From an uncultured Thermoplasmatales archaeon (GTDB lineage Archaea > Thermoplasmatota > Thermoplasmata > Thermoplasmatales > GCA-001856825), in the NCBI GenBank assembly GCA_964468585.1, contig CAYXTM010000007.1, forward strand, positions 3,346 to 67,345: a stretch of 64,000 nt of DNA, written 5' to 3'. Position numbers and translations under genes: made by a program. This document shows, one piece after another, positions 40,597-50,478 of the stretch. The notes under the pieces were generated by a model, which worked only from the letters and a program-made list of their open reading frames with translations, made no database searches and was not told the origin of the DNA. The stretch's first letter is position 1. The number at the start of each line of letters is the position of its first letter.

Positions 40597-41172
40597 TCAA
40601 ACATGATTGCATCTTATGTTTTTCAAAACACTTTGGTAATCTTCCATGGTATTTACACTCTTAACTTTCCATGAATGGGAGCCAAGAATTACAGGATTAC
40701 CAAATGTTTTAAGGAATTTGGATATAGATCTCTCTTTAATGCGGAAAGTATTCAGTTTTTCAAGTGATTCCCTTCCATAAATTGCCAGTAAAGGTTCAGG
40801 AACCCTCTCGTCATTTAGCCCATATTTGGGCAATCCCTGGCCCGATTCAATCAGAAAATTGATCAGTTCGGAATCAACCAGTGGCATATCTCCACCCAGT
40901 GCAAATATATCCCCAAATATTTCGATGGCCAGGGCTACGGCATCAATTAGAACACCCAAGGATGTATCCATAACTATTTTGGCTTCCAAATTCAATTGGG
41001 GATTTTTGGAGAAAATGACGACGTCATCAAAAAATTTTACTTTTCTAGCCTGATTATATATCCGCATGATCATTGGTTCAGAGCATATGGGTAATAGATG
41101 TTTATCTGGGAGCCTTTCACTCTTTTTAGCAAAAATAATAGCCTTCAATCTCTCACACCGCAAATAGGGCAA
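40597..41172 (-). CDS. mobA: molybdenum cofactor guanylyltransferase-like protein
   Basis: SERL.DK, GDMPL, EPLLAIY, SVNT.ED; directly upstream of fdhA. Confidence 0.78.
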   Translation of the reverse strand: MPYLRCERLKAIIFAKKSERLPDKHLLPICSEPMIMRIYNQARKVKFFDDVVIFSKNPQLNLEAKIVMDTSLGVLIDAVALAIEIFGDIFALGGDMPLVDSELINFLIESGQGLPKYGLNDERVPEPLLAIYGRESLEKLNTFRIKERSISKFLKTFGNPVILGSHSWKVKSVNTMEDYQSVLKNIRCNHV

Positions 41173-41867
41173 TGAGGGTTCAGTTTAGTTTCTATTTTTG
41201 AAATATCCAAATTCCATACATCGAAAAAGTACAGGTTTTGATCGACTTCACCAAGTATGGCCTTGATTGCTAGAGTTACTGCAAGACTAGCTAGGAACTG
41301 GACTGAGGTCGGAAGCAATCCATTGACTGCACAGGGGATAGAGTCTCCGACTGTCGGGTAACCAAAACATGAGAGACATGCTGTCTTATGAGGAACGATC
41401 ATCTTTATCATTCCAGAAGACCCTTCTACAGCAGCAAAAATTAATATTTTATTATTCTTGATAGCAAACTCATTAAGTATTCCTCTGGCTCCAAAGGAGT
41501 CAGTCCCATCTAATATGACATCCACATTTCCAAGGATATCATTTATATTTTCCCTATTTATCATTGTATTATGGGTTATTATTTCCACGTCGCCATTGAT
41601 TTTTTTCATTTTTCCAGCAGCTGCTTTGACTTTTGGGATACCAACATCTTCCTCATCATAAAGTGTTTGACGATTCAAATTTGTGATTTCGACCTTATCC
41701 CCATCCACAAGGACAATTTTTCTAAATCCCATCCTGACAGATATCTCAGCCATGTGGGAACCTGTTCCGCCAACACCAACTATGCCGATTTTGGTATCTG
41801 ATATCATTCTCTGCCCAGATGGACCAATTTTGTTGAATGTAATCTGTGTGAGGTATCTATCTATCAG
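41145..41867 (-). CDS. moeB: MoeB/ThiF E1-like adenylyltransferase
   Basis: GVGGTG, DGD.V..TNLNRQ, DGTD, CLSC and CPIC. The frame extends upstream of ATG 41807 to the moaD stop and encodes the conserved DRY..Q....IG..GQ. Confidence 0.9.
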   Translation of the reverse strand: MIDRYLTQITFNKIGPSGQRMISDTKIGIVGVGGTGSHMAEISVRMGFRKIVLVDGDKVEITNLNRQTLYDEEDVGIPKVKAAAGKMKKINGDVEIITHNTMINRENINDILGNVDVILDGTDSFGARGILNEFAIKNNKILIFAAVEGSSGMIKMIVPHKTACLSCFGYPTVGDSIPCAVNGLLPTSVQFLASLAVTLAIKAILGEVDQNLYFFDVWNLDISKIETKLNPHCPICGVRD

Positions 41868-42107
41868 TTAACCACCCCCAGGAGGTGGAAAGACAGAAAT
41901 GACATCACCTTCCCTCAATATCTCATTTCCTCTTGAAATCCTATCATTTATTGAAAGAATGACGTCTCTTTCCCTTTTCAGTTCAGGGAACCTATTTTTT
42001 AATTCGACCATGAATGTTTCTACTGATGAATCCTTAGGCAGGTCAAACTCATGTAACTTCCCAAATTTGTCAGAAAATCTTGCATAAAACTTTACGATGA
42101 CCTTCAT
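41868..42107 (-). CDS. moaD: MoaD/SAMP-like sulfur carrier
   Basis: Beta-grasp protein ending VFPPPGGG. Start at ATG 42107 with SD GGTGAGGAG. Confidence 0.92.
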   Translation of the reverse strand: MKVIVKFYARFSDKFGKLHEFDLPKDSSVETFMVELKNRFPELKRERDVILSINDRISRGNEILREGDVISVFPPPGGG

Positions 42108-42112
42108 ACTCC

Positions 42113-43012
42113 TCACCAATATGGAACCCTCATGTCTGTGGCTTCCTTAAAGGATCTCAATATATCAGAACCATCAACTTTTACTCTCTGATCGGGCCTA
42201 TGAAGGCAAGTCTGCAGGTAACCTGTAGATGTAAGTCTTAGTCTCGTGCAATTCATGCAGAAATTATGGTTTCTATGGGGATCAACAAGCTCAACCTTCA
42301 TTTTTCTACCTTTATAATTTAGCACCAGTATCTTTCTATTATGTAACTCGTTGAATTCAACATGATCCACATATGGCCTTAGCATATCCTCCACGAAGTC
42401 AAGTTTCATATGGAATTTCTTGAACCAAGGGGAATCTTCCTCCTCACGCGATGCCTCCAATTCGATGAGCTGAACATTAGCCCCAACTTCATTGGAAAAA
42501 TCAATAAGGTCAAGGATCAGGCTATCGTTCACCCCTTTCAGTACAACCATGTTAAGCTTCACAGGATTTAGACCTGCATCAACTGCGGACTTTATTCCCT
42601 CGACCACTCTATCATATCCATCAACAGAAGTCACAAATTTGAATGATTCTCTGTTTATTCCGTGGAGTGAAATATTGATCCTGTCAAGACCAGAATCCTT
42701 CAATTTATTGGCCATATCCTTTAGGAAGTAACCGTTTGTAGTGACTGATATATCTCCACCAATTACTTCCTTGGTAACCTTTACTATTTCCAGAAAATCC
42801 CTTCGTAATAAAGGCTCTCCTCCAGTAAATTTCACCCTCCTGATTCCCAGCTTTCTGGCAGCCTCCATAACCTCCCTTATTTGTTCAACTGTCATCTGGC
42901 TAAGATTTTCATCAGTGCCCTCCATATGGCAGAAAAAGCATTTAAAATTGCATGAGGCGTTAACCTGAACCCTGAGGCTATTCAGAGGACGCCCAAATCT
43001 GTCAAATATCAT
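42113..43012 (-). CDS. moaA: GTP 3',8-cyclase
   Basis: DRFGR...LR, CNFKCFFC, TGGEPLLR, FCMNCTRLR...CL. Confidence 0.95.
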   Translation of the reverse strand: MIFDRFGRPLNSLRVQVNASCNFKCFFCHMEGTDENLSQMTVEQIREVMEAARKLGIRRVKFTGGEPLLRRDFLEIVKVTKEVIGGDISVTTNGYFLKDMANKLKDSGLDRINISLHGINRESFKFVTSVDGYDRVVEGIKSAVDAGLNPVKLNMVVLKGVNDSLILDLIDFSNEVGANVQLIELEASREEEDSPWFKKFHMKLDFVEDMLRPYVDHVEFNELHNRKILVLNYKGRKMKVELVDPHRNHNFCMNCTRLRLTSTGYLQTCLHRPDQRVKVDGSDILRSFKEATDMRVPYW

Positions 43013-43062
43013 TATGGAATGTTATGGCAATGGATTATTTCAATATTTTATATTGTTTACAA

Positions 43063-43479
43063 TTAATTATGCCATTCCTCTCCTTCTTCATATATGTCCT
43101 TCTTCCATATGGGTACTTTGGTTTTTATCTGGTCCAGCAACCATTTCATAGAATTTAAACCTTCATCTCTGTGTTTGGATGCTATGGCCACATAGAGTGA
43201 TATCTCTCCGACCGGCACGTATCCTACCCTATGCAATGCAATTGCATCTATTAGATTGAATTTTTCAATCGATTCCTTGACCAGACCAGTGAGGATTTTA
43301 ATTGCCATTGTTTCATGATGGTCATAATAAAGCCCCCTCAGCTTCTTTTCATTCCCATAAGGTCTAATGACTCCAGAGAATTCTAGAATTGAACCACAAC
43401 CATTGCAAACAAGATCAGATCTTTCTTTTTGAGGTTCAATGATTGTGTTCACAATTTTTGCTATCATGGAATTCATCAT
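43063..43479 (-). CDS. moaE: molybdopterin synthase catalytic subunit
   Basis: G....F.G.IR, HRVG...VGE, HR, K..VPIWKK. Confidence 0.92.
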   Translation of the reverse strand: MMNSMIAKIVNTIIEPQKERSDLVCNGCGSILEFSGVIRPYGNEKKLRGLYYDHHETMAIKILTGLVKESIEKFNLIDAIALHRVGYVPVGEISLYVAIASKHRDEGLNSMKWLLDQIKTKVPIWKKDIYEEGEEWHN

Positions 43480-43564
43480 AATACCGTAATTATTAATTTA
43501 ATTTGCGAACGTAGATCATGAAATATCATAGTAAGAAGTTTATTTATGGCGGGAATTATCTTCA

Positions 43565-45538
43565 ATGGAAGATTTACGTCCATTGAGAAATAGGTTCCTT
43601 AGGAAGGTCGTTACCTTATCTGCCGCTGGGATTTTTCTGGATGGATATGATCTATTCATAATATCAGTTGCTTTGATCTATATAGAAAGCCAGCACTGGC
43701 TTTCATCAAATTCCAATTTGGCAGCGGTGGAAATAGGTCTTCTCAATTCAAGCGCACTTGCCGGAATGCTGGTGGGGGCGCTGACAATAGGAAGATTTGC
43801 CGATAAAATAGGCAGGCGATCTCTCTATATTATCGATCTGATATTCTTTATATTCTTTGGTTTGCTGACTTCTTTAGCAGCAAATATAGAACAACTCCTG
43901 ATATTCAGATTTTTACTTGGTATAGGTATTGGTGCAGATTACCCAGTTTCCAGTACATATGTTTCTGAGTTCTCTCCCAAAAACATTAGAGGAAAGCTAA
44001 CCACAATGACATTCACCTTTTGGGGTATAGGTTCCTTGGCTGCTGCAGTTGTGGGCTTCACTTTCGGAAGGTTCGAGACAATAAACATTCTAGGGACAAA
44101 TGTTGATAGCTGGAGAATAATGCTGGCATCGGGTATTGTTCCAGCCATTTTTGTCATGATCCTTAGAACTACGATGCCAGAATCGCCCAGGTGGTTGTTT
44201 TCTAGGGGGGAGAATGAAAAGGCTTATAGTGTTATAAAGAACATTAGGGAGAAATACGGCATAGACTATTCAATGGAAACTAGTAATATTAAGCCTGAGA
44301 GAGCTGGTAAGATATCGGAACTCTTATCAAGGAAATATCTAAAAAGAACTGCATTTGCCTGGATACCATGGCTCATTATGGATATAGGGGTTTATGGTAT
44401 AGGAATATCCATACCGTTCATACTTGAGCATATAGGATTTGGCGGGACAAACATAGAAGCGAAAGTACATGCCATCCTTGGTACAATAATTCTGGATATT
44501 TTTATTCTGGTTGGTTTTGCGTTCGCAATACTTCTCATAGAAAAAATAGGAAGGTTAAGACTGCAGGAAATCGGATTTCTTGGGATGAGCATTTCAATGT
44601 TGTTGCTAGGGGCAACATGGAATATTAATCTTGGATTTATAATGGCTTTCTTAACCATATATCTAATATATGAAAATGCAGGCCCAAATGTTACTACATG
44701 GATTATTCCTACTGAAATTTTCCCGACTAGGCTGAGAGCGACTGCCCAAGGGTCATCTTCTGCAATTTCAAGAATGGGTGCCATAATTGGAACATTTTCC
44801 TTCCCAGTTATTATTCACATATATGGATATTCTGCTGCATTCTATCTTTTCGGGACAGTTCTATTCATTGGTTTTATAACCACAGTTATCTGGGGCTCCG
44901 AGACCATGGGAACTTCACTTGAAGAATCGAGTAAACTCTTCTTGGAATTTTCTACACTTATAAGGAAATTGAGTTCCACCATAGAAAAGAGCGCGGAATT
45001 TTTCAGGAAAATGATAGATGACTATGATAACCTCCAGACATGGAGTCAGAGAATAAGGGATTTGGAGCACGAAGCCGACACTATTGTCCATGAGATCTTC
45101 ACAAAGGTGAATTACATGCCAAAGCCGCTTGAATCTGTTGATATAGGTACCCTAGCAACCAAGTATGATGATATATTGGATTTCATAAACGCAACAGCTA
45201 AGAGAATGGCTCTTTTCAATGTTCCAAAAACCGAGTTGATGCAGGAGTTTTCAGATGTTATATATAGAATTGTTACTGAACTTAACAAGGCGTTTGAATA
45301 TCTGGAAGAATTTAATGAAGAAGATTTTCCGTTGATCAGGAAACAATGTATAATAGTTAACGAGCTGGAAAATGAGGCAGACGATCTTTTAGGAAAGGGT
45401 CTTCAGGAGATATTCACAATGAAAGATAACATACAGATAATAAAATATAAGGAGATCTATGAGTACATGGAGACAATTACCGACAAATGCGAGGATGTTT
45501 CAGATATCTTTATGGATATCATTGTTAAATACAGTTAA
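43565..45538 (+). CDS. MFS transporter (PHS/sugar porter-like) fused to a C-terminal DUF47 (PhoU-like) domain
   Basis: aa 1-455: FLDGYDL, GIGADYP, PESPRW, GPNVTT...EIFPT..R. aa about 458-657: twin LEHEAD / LENEAD repeats and YKEIYEYMETITDKCEDV of DUF47. Confidence 0.88.
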   Translation: MEDLRPLRNRFLRKVVTLSAAGIFLDGYDLFIISVALIYIESQHWLSSNSNLAAVEIGLLNSSALAGMLVGALTIGRFADKIGRRSLYIIDLIFFIFFGLLTSLAANIEQLLIFRFLLGIGIGADYPVSSTYVSEFSPKNIRGKLTTMTFTFWGIGSLAAAVVGFTFGRFETINILGTNVDSWRIMLASGIVPAIFVMILRTTMPESPRWLFSRGENEKAYSVIKNIREKYGIDYSMETSNIKPERAGKISELLSRKYLKRTAFAWIPWLIMDIGVYGIGISIPFILEHIGFGGTNIEAKVHAILGTIILDIFILVGFAFAILLIEKIGRLRLQEIGFLGMSISMLLLGATWNINLGFIMAFLTIYLIYENAGPNVTTWIIPTEIFPTRLRATAQGSSSAISRMGAIIGTFSFPVIIHIYGYSAAFYLFGTVLFIGFITTVIWGSETMGTSLEESSKLFLEFSTLIRKLSSTIEKSAEFFRKMIDDYDNLQTWSQRIRDLEHEADTIVHEIFTKVNYMPKPLESVDIGTLATKYDDILDFINATAKRMALFNVPKTELMQEFSDVIYRIVTELNKAFEYLEEFNEEDFPLIRKQCIIVNELENEADDLLGKGLQEIFTMKDNIQIIKYKEIYEYMETITDKCEDVSDIFMDIIVKYS

Positions 45539-45567
45539 AGTTTTTTAACTTTTTATTATTCTACATT

Positions 45568-45798
45568 GTGAAAATTGCCATCACGGTAAAATTGAAGGAT
45601 TATGTGGAGGATGCAGAGGGCGAATCAGTTTTAAAGGCTCTGAAGCTTCTTGGTTATGAAGAAGTTAAATCTGTCAGGACTGCGAAATTATACATTATTG
45701 AAACGGAAGGTAATGATCTCTCTAAGGGTTATGAATTCTGCGAGAAGCTCCTTGCAAACCCCGTCATAAACGATTGTAGGGTAGAAAGGTATGAATAA
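45568..45798 (+). CDS. purS: phosphoribosylformylglycinamidine synthase subunit PurS
   Basis: V.LK..V.D.EG, LG, LLANPVI. Confidence 0.93.
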   Translation: MKIAITVKLKDYVEDAEGESVLKALKLLGYEEVKSVRTAKLYIIETEGNDLSKGYEFCEKLLANPVINDCRVERYE

Positions 45799-48052
45799 TT
45801 TCAGCAAAATAGTGGATATCCGAAATAAGGGTCCACGGGAATTGAAACAAATTTCATGGGATCTAGGGTTAGGATTATCAGTAGAGGAAATGCTGAGGAT
45901 AAGAACATATTTCCATAACCTTGGTAGGGACCCTACAGATGTTGAACTGCAGGCCATAGGGCAGGCATGGAGCGAACACTGTGGGTACAAGAGTTCAAAG
46001 GCCCATTTAAAAAAGTACATATTTGACTTGAATAGAGACAAAATATTTTCACAGGGAGATGCCGGAGTTGTGATGCTAGATGATGAAAATGTAGTGGTAC
46101 TAAAGATGGAGAGCCATAACCATCCATCTGCCATAGAACCATATGGTGGAGCTTCCACAGGTGTTGGTGGAATTCTCAGGGATATATTAAGCATGGGGGC
46201 TCAACCTATAGCTGTTACAGATGTCCTATATTTTGGGACAAAGAAGGTCAAGAATTATATGGACCCTGAGTTAATACGATCAGGCGTCATTTCAGGGATA
46301 AGAGATTATGGCAATAGGGTAGGGATACCTACAGTTTCTGGTGGAATATTCTATTCAGACATGTTCTCACCAAATGTGCTCGTAAACGTTGGTTGTGTCG
46401 GTATCGCAAAAAAGGACAGAATTGCAAAACAATCCATTGACAAGGAGGGTATTAAACTGATCCTTGTTGGTGGAAAGACAGGGCGAGATGGTATTCATGG
46501 AGTGAACATGGCATCGACGGACCTCGAGTATGATACTTCGAGGATCAGTACTGTACAGCTTGGGAATCCCATAATGAAGGAACCACTTATTCATGCTGTT
46601 CTTGAAGCCAATAACAAAGGATTAATTTATGCGCTTAAGGACTTAGGAGGTGGAGGGTTAAGTAGTGTTGTAGGAGAAATGCTATACTCGGGGGGAATGG
46701 GTGGTGTGGTATACCTAGACAAAGTACCGCTTAAGGAATCCAATATGCTGCCTTGGGAAATTTGGATATCTGAAAGCCAGGAAAGAATGCTCATCGCGGC
46801 TGAGGAAAAAAATGTAGATGGTATCTTGGAAATAATGAACGACTGGGATGTTCCAAATTCCATCATAGGTGAAAGTGTTTATGGAAATAAGCTAACTCTA
46901 TATTTCAACGGTGAAGTAGTGCTCGATCTTGACCTTGATTTCATGACATCTTCCCCCATTTACAACAGATCAAACAGATTAAGGAAACAAGATAAGGAAA
47001 TGCAAATTCCTAAGACGCAGGATAGTTATAATAAAATCCTCTTGAAAATGCTATCTGACAAGAATATTGCCACGAAGGAATATGCTGTCAGGCAATACGA
47101 TCATACAGTGAGAGGAAACACAATAATACCACCATTTTCGGGCATCATAGGGCATGAAGGACCTACCGATGCCAGTGTGATCAGAGTTGACTGGAACAAG
47201 AAAATTGGTGTGGCCATTTCCCATGGCAGTAATCCTTTCTATTCAAAGTTAGACGCATACAGAGGAGCTAAAAATGCTGTCGACGAAGCTTATAGGAACC
47301 TTGTATCCGCTAACGCAATTCCCATTGCATTTTCCGACTGTTTGAATGCAGGGAACCCTGAAGAGCTAGAAATCATGGGTGAATTCATATCAATGCTAAA
47401 GGGGTTAAGGGACAGTGGATCAGTGCTTCAGGTTCCATTCGTTTCGGGCAATGTCTCACTTTATAATGAGACTGGGAAAAGAAATATACCAGCTACTCCA
47501 ACTATCCTGGCAGTGGGAAGGGTCGATGATTATAGTGATGCTAAAACGCCTGACTTCAAAAAGGAGGGAAATCCAATATTTCTCATTGGTTATCCCCAGG
47601 TAGAATTTGGAGGCTCCCTTTATTTCAGACTTTTGAAATTAGATGGTGGAAATGTTCCCTATTCAGACCCTGAAATATTATTATCTAGATCTAATAAGCT
47701 ACTGTCAGCCTTTAAGGAAAAAACAGTACTATCTGCCCATGACATATCCGAGGGAGGTATGGCAATAGCAGTCTCTGAAATGTCCATTGGGTCTAAAATT
47801 GGGGCTAATATTGACATTTCTGGGATAGCAGCTGGCAGGGGAGATTTCTTTATTTTCTCTGAAACCCAGTCAATGTTCGTTGTTGAAGTTGACAAAAGTA
47901 AAGAGCACCGGTTTTTGGAGATCATGGATAAAGAGGCTTTGCTAATAGGTTTTACTGATGGTAATTCTCTCCATGTGAAGCATAACTCCAAGAATTTAAT
48001 AGATCTCGATGTAGAAATGATCTCAAGGAAATGGAAGGTGGGATATTGGTGA
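45791..48052 (+). CDS. purL: phosphoribosylformylglycinamidine synthase subunit PurL
   Basis: WSEHC, ESHNHPS, TGVGGILRD, DLGGGG, SESQERM, GNVSLYN, HDISEGG. Confidence 0.96.
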   Translation: MNNFSKIVDIRNKGPRELKQISWDLGLGLSVEEMLRIRTYFHNLGRDPTDVELQAIGQAWSEHCGYKSSKAHLKKYIFDLNRDKIFSQGDAGVVMLDDENVVVLKMESHNHPSAIEPYGGASTGVGGILRDILSMGAQPIAVTDVLYFGTKKVKNYMDPELIRSGVISGIRDYGNRVGIPTVSGGIFYSDMFSPNVLVNVGCVGIAKKDRIAKQSIDKEGIKLILVGGKTGRDGIHGVNMASTDLEYDTSRISTVQLGNPIMKEPLIHAVLEANNKGLIYALKDLGGGGLSSVVGEMLYSGGMGGVVYLDKVPLKESNMLPWEIWISESQERMLIAAEEKNVDGILEIMNDWDVPNSIIGESVYGNKLTLYFNGEVVLDLDLDFMTSSPIYNRSNRLRKQDKEMQIPKTQDSYNKILLKMLSDKNIATKEYAVRQYDHTVRGNTIIPPFSGIIGHEGPTDASVIRVDWNKKIGVAISHGSNPFYSKLDAYRGAKNAVDEAYRNLVSANAIPIAFSDCLNAGNPEELEIMGEFISMLKGLRDSGSVLQVPFVSGNVSLYNETGKRNIPATPTILAVGRVDDYSDAKTPDFKKEGNPIFLIGYPQVEFGGSLYFRLLKLDGGNVPYSDPEILLSRSNKLLSAFKEKTVLSAHDISEGGMAIAVSEMSIGSKIGANIDISGIAAGRGDFFIFSETQSMFVVEVDKSKEHRFLEIMDKEALLIGFTDGNSLHVKHNSKNLIDLDVEMISRKWKVGYW

Positions 48053-48834
48053 AAGAAGCTCGGGCAGCTGTACTGACCATGGAAGGTACTAACAATGAAG
48101 AGGAAGCCTACCTTTCATTGTCGCACGCAGGTGCATTATCCGAGATAGTGCATATTAAGAAATTTGAGAACGGATTGAAAAAAATTCAGGACTATGATAT
48201 CTTGTTCTTTCCCGGTGGATTTTCAGCAGGGGATTATGTCCGGGCAGGTGCCATCATGGCTTCAAGATTGAAAGCTTCCATCATGGGCGATCTTGAAGAT
48301 TTCATAGAAGAGGGTAAGCTAATTATGGGCTCATGTAATGGCTTTCAGGTTATCATTGAACTGGGACTAATACCAAACATAGGTGAATCTTTCAAGAGGG
48401 AGGCAGCGCTCGCACCAAACCTCAGCAATAGATTTGAGGCCAGAACAGTATATCTCAAAGTTAATAATAATAAATCCCCATTTCTCAGAAAATTTGAACG
48501 GGGAAACATATTGAAGTTACCTATCGCTCACGCTGAGGGCAGATTCATTGTGGAGAACAATAAAATACTTGAAGAAATAAGAAAAAATGAAATGATAGCT
48601 CTGACCTATGTAAACCCAGAGGGTATAGAATCAGGCTATCCATGGAATCCTAATGGATCTGTTCTTAACATAGCGGGTATACATTCGAAAAATGGAAATA
48701 TTTTCGGTCTGATGCCACATCCTGAAAGGGCTTTCACCGGATACACTCAGTCCGATTGGACCAGGGGAGAGATCAAAGACTATGGCAAGATAATATTTGA
48801 AAGTGCCATTGAGTATGTAAAAGAGAAATTTTAA
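48049..48834 (+). CDS. purQ: phosphoribosylformylglycinamidine synthase subunit PurQ
   Basis: GTN, PGGFSAGD, CNGFQ, AHAEG, NPNGS, MPHPER. GTG start at 48049 overlaps the purL stop. Confidence 0.95.
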   Translation: MKEARAAVLTMEGTNNEEEAYLSLSHAGALSEIVHIKKFENGLKKIQDYDILFFPGGFSAGDYVRAGAIMASRLKASIMGDLEDFIEEGKLIMGSCNGFQVIIELGLIPNIGESFKREAALAPNLSNRFEARTVYLKVNNNKSPFLRKFERGNILKLPIAHAEGRFIVENNKILEEIRKNEMIALTYVNPEGIESGYPWNPNGSVLNIAGIHSKNGNIFGLMPHPERAFTGYTQSDWTRGEIKDYGKIIFESAIEYVKEKF

Positions 48835-48857
48835 AATCAAGTTTCATATCCCCCTTT

Positions 48858-49415
48858 GTGCAATTTAAAGTATTTATGATCGGTATTCTCGCATTACTAG
48901 TGGTGATGAACATCCCGTTAGGGACCGTACACGCCCAATCTCAGGCTATTTTTCCTACAATATATTATACCACGTTCCAGGGGTATAATAACTCAATCAC
49001 AGACTTAAACTGGTATAATATTGTTTATCCTGTGATTTACAGTTCAAATTTTTCAACATACGATTGGAAGAAAAGTCCTCTAAAGGATTATATACTGTTC
49101 GATTACTCTCTCACAGGTCTTAATCCTTATGGAGCAGAATTTATATTTGCACTTGCCAGTATAGGTAATCTCACAGAAGCAAATGTGACCAAAGCATTTC
49201 AGGCAATAGCAAATCTTGACGCAACAGGCGATGGCTACACAAACCAGGAAAAACTTAATGCAGGAGCCCTTCCTGGATTTTATAATTCAACACCTACCAG
49301 CTTTAGCAACCCAACAGTTAGGGCATATTATGGGTATGCCTTTTCAGGTATAGTCATAGCCTCAGTTATAATCCTTTATTTTGCGTTCAATAGAAAGAAG
49401 GAAAGTAATGAATGA
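48858..49415 (+). CDS. secreted, C-terminally anchored hypothetical protein
   Basis: Signal peptide ending VHA-Q; Asn/Tyr/Thr-rich body; DATGDGYTNQE motif; C-terminal TM helix plus basic tail RKK. Confidence 0.75.
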   Translation: MQFKVFMIGILALLVVMNIPLGTVHAQSQAIFPTIYYTTFQGYNNSITDLNWYNIVYPVIYSSNFSTYDWKKSPLKDYILFDYSLTGLNPYGAEFIFALASIGNLTEANVTKAFQAIANLDATGDGYTNQEKLNAGALPGFYNSTPTSFSNPTVRAYYGYAFSGIVIASVIILYFAFNRKKESNE

Positions 49416-50445
49416 GCTAACTCTTAAAAGATTGAAAAATTATTTCTCTATTTATTACAAAAATTTTAATTATGAAATTAATGGTCTTAAGAATAGAGAA
49501 ATCGCATTTTCGCCATTTGACGGTTCCTCCATGATGAGACATGTTTCTTTCAGTGATCAAAATGAGTTGAAAAATGCTCTTACCCTAAATCCACCTCGTC
49601 ACTTCTTCTACTCCAGCGCTTATTATGAAAACCCTACTGACGAAGATCTCTCTGAAACATGGATTGGGGCAGACTTGATCTTTGATATAGATGCAGATCA
49701 CATCCAAAATGCAGATAAGATGACAAAAAGGGAGATGCTTGGTGCTGTAAAAGGTGAGGTCAAGAAATTAATTTTCCTACTGGAAAATGATTTCGGTGTA
49801 GAAGAGAAGAATATGGAGTTGGTGTTTTCGGGGTCAAGGGGTTACCACATCCATGTCTATGATTTATTTACGGACCTAAATGCGGTTCAGAGAAGGGAAA
49901 TAGTAGATTACATAACTGGCAGATGTTTAACAAAACTGAAGGTCCTCAAAAAATCAAGGTGGGAGGACAGGGTCAAATATGAAACTGAAAAAATACTGAC
50001 AGAATTGAAGGACACCATGAAGAACAAGAAAGAAACTATTTATGAAGGGGAAAGATTCCAGAAATACAAGGGTTTTCCATCGGCTTCGGATGCGGAACGA
50101 ATAAGGAATATCGCAATAGGTCACGTTGTAAGGGCTTATGGATCCGCAATAGATGAACCTGTAACATTCGATGTTCACAGACTCATAAGAACTCCCATGA
50201 GCCTCCACGGGAAAAGTGGCCTGATTGCCAGTATTCTCAAGTTCGATGATCTGGAATCTTTTGACCCATTCGAATATGCAGTTCCCAATCAGTTCAAGGA
50301 AGTTTTCGTGAATGTCAAAGTCCTAAGGACAGTGAAGGATGATTTCACGGACAAAGAGGAAAGGATATCTGAAGGTGTACAAAAGATGCCTCTTCATAAA
50401 GCCATATACTTTTCATTATCAGGTGATGCAGAATTTCTTGAATGA
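49408..50445 (+). CDS. priS: DNA primase small (catalytic) subunit
   Basis: RE.AF, RH, YSSAYY, DLIFDIDAD, FSGSRGYH, IDEPVT.D..RLIR.P.SLHGK. Confidence 0.95.
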   Translation: MNELTLKRLKNYFSIYYKNFNYEINGLKNREIAFSPFDGSSMMRHVSFSDQNELKNALTLNPPRHFFYSSAYYENPTDEDLSETWIGADLIFDIDADHIQNADKMTKREMLGAVKGEVKKLIFLLENDFGVEEKNMELVFSGSRGYHIHVYDLFTDLNAVQRREIVDYITGRCLTKLKVLKKSRWEDRVKYETEKILTELKDTMKNKKETIYEGERFQKYKGFPSASDAERIRNIAIGHVVRAYGSAIDEPVTFDVHRLIRTPMSLHGKSGLIASILKFDDLESFDPFEYAVPNQFKEVFVNVKVLRTVKDDFTDKEERISEGVQKMPLHKAIYFSLSGDAEFLE

Positions 50446-50478
50446 AATATTTAATTAGTGAAAATGTATCCCGGATAT

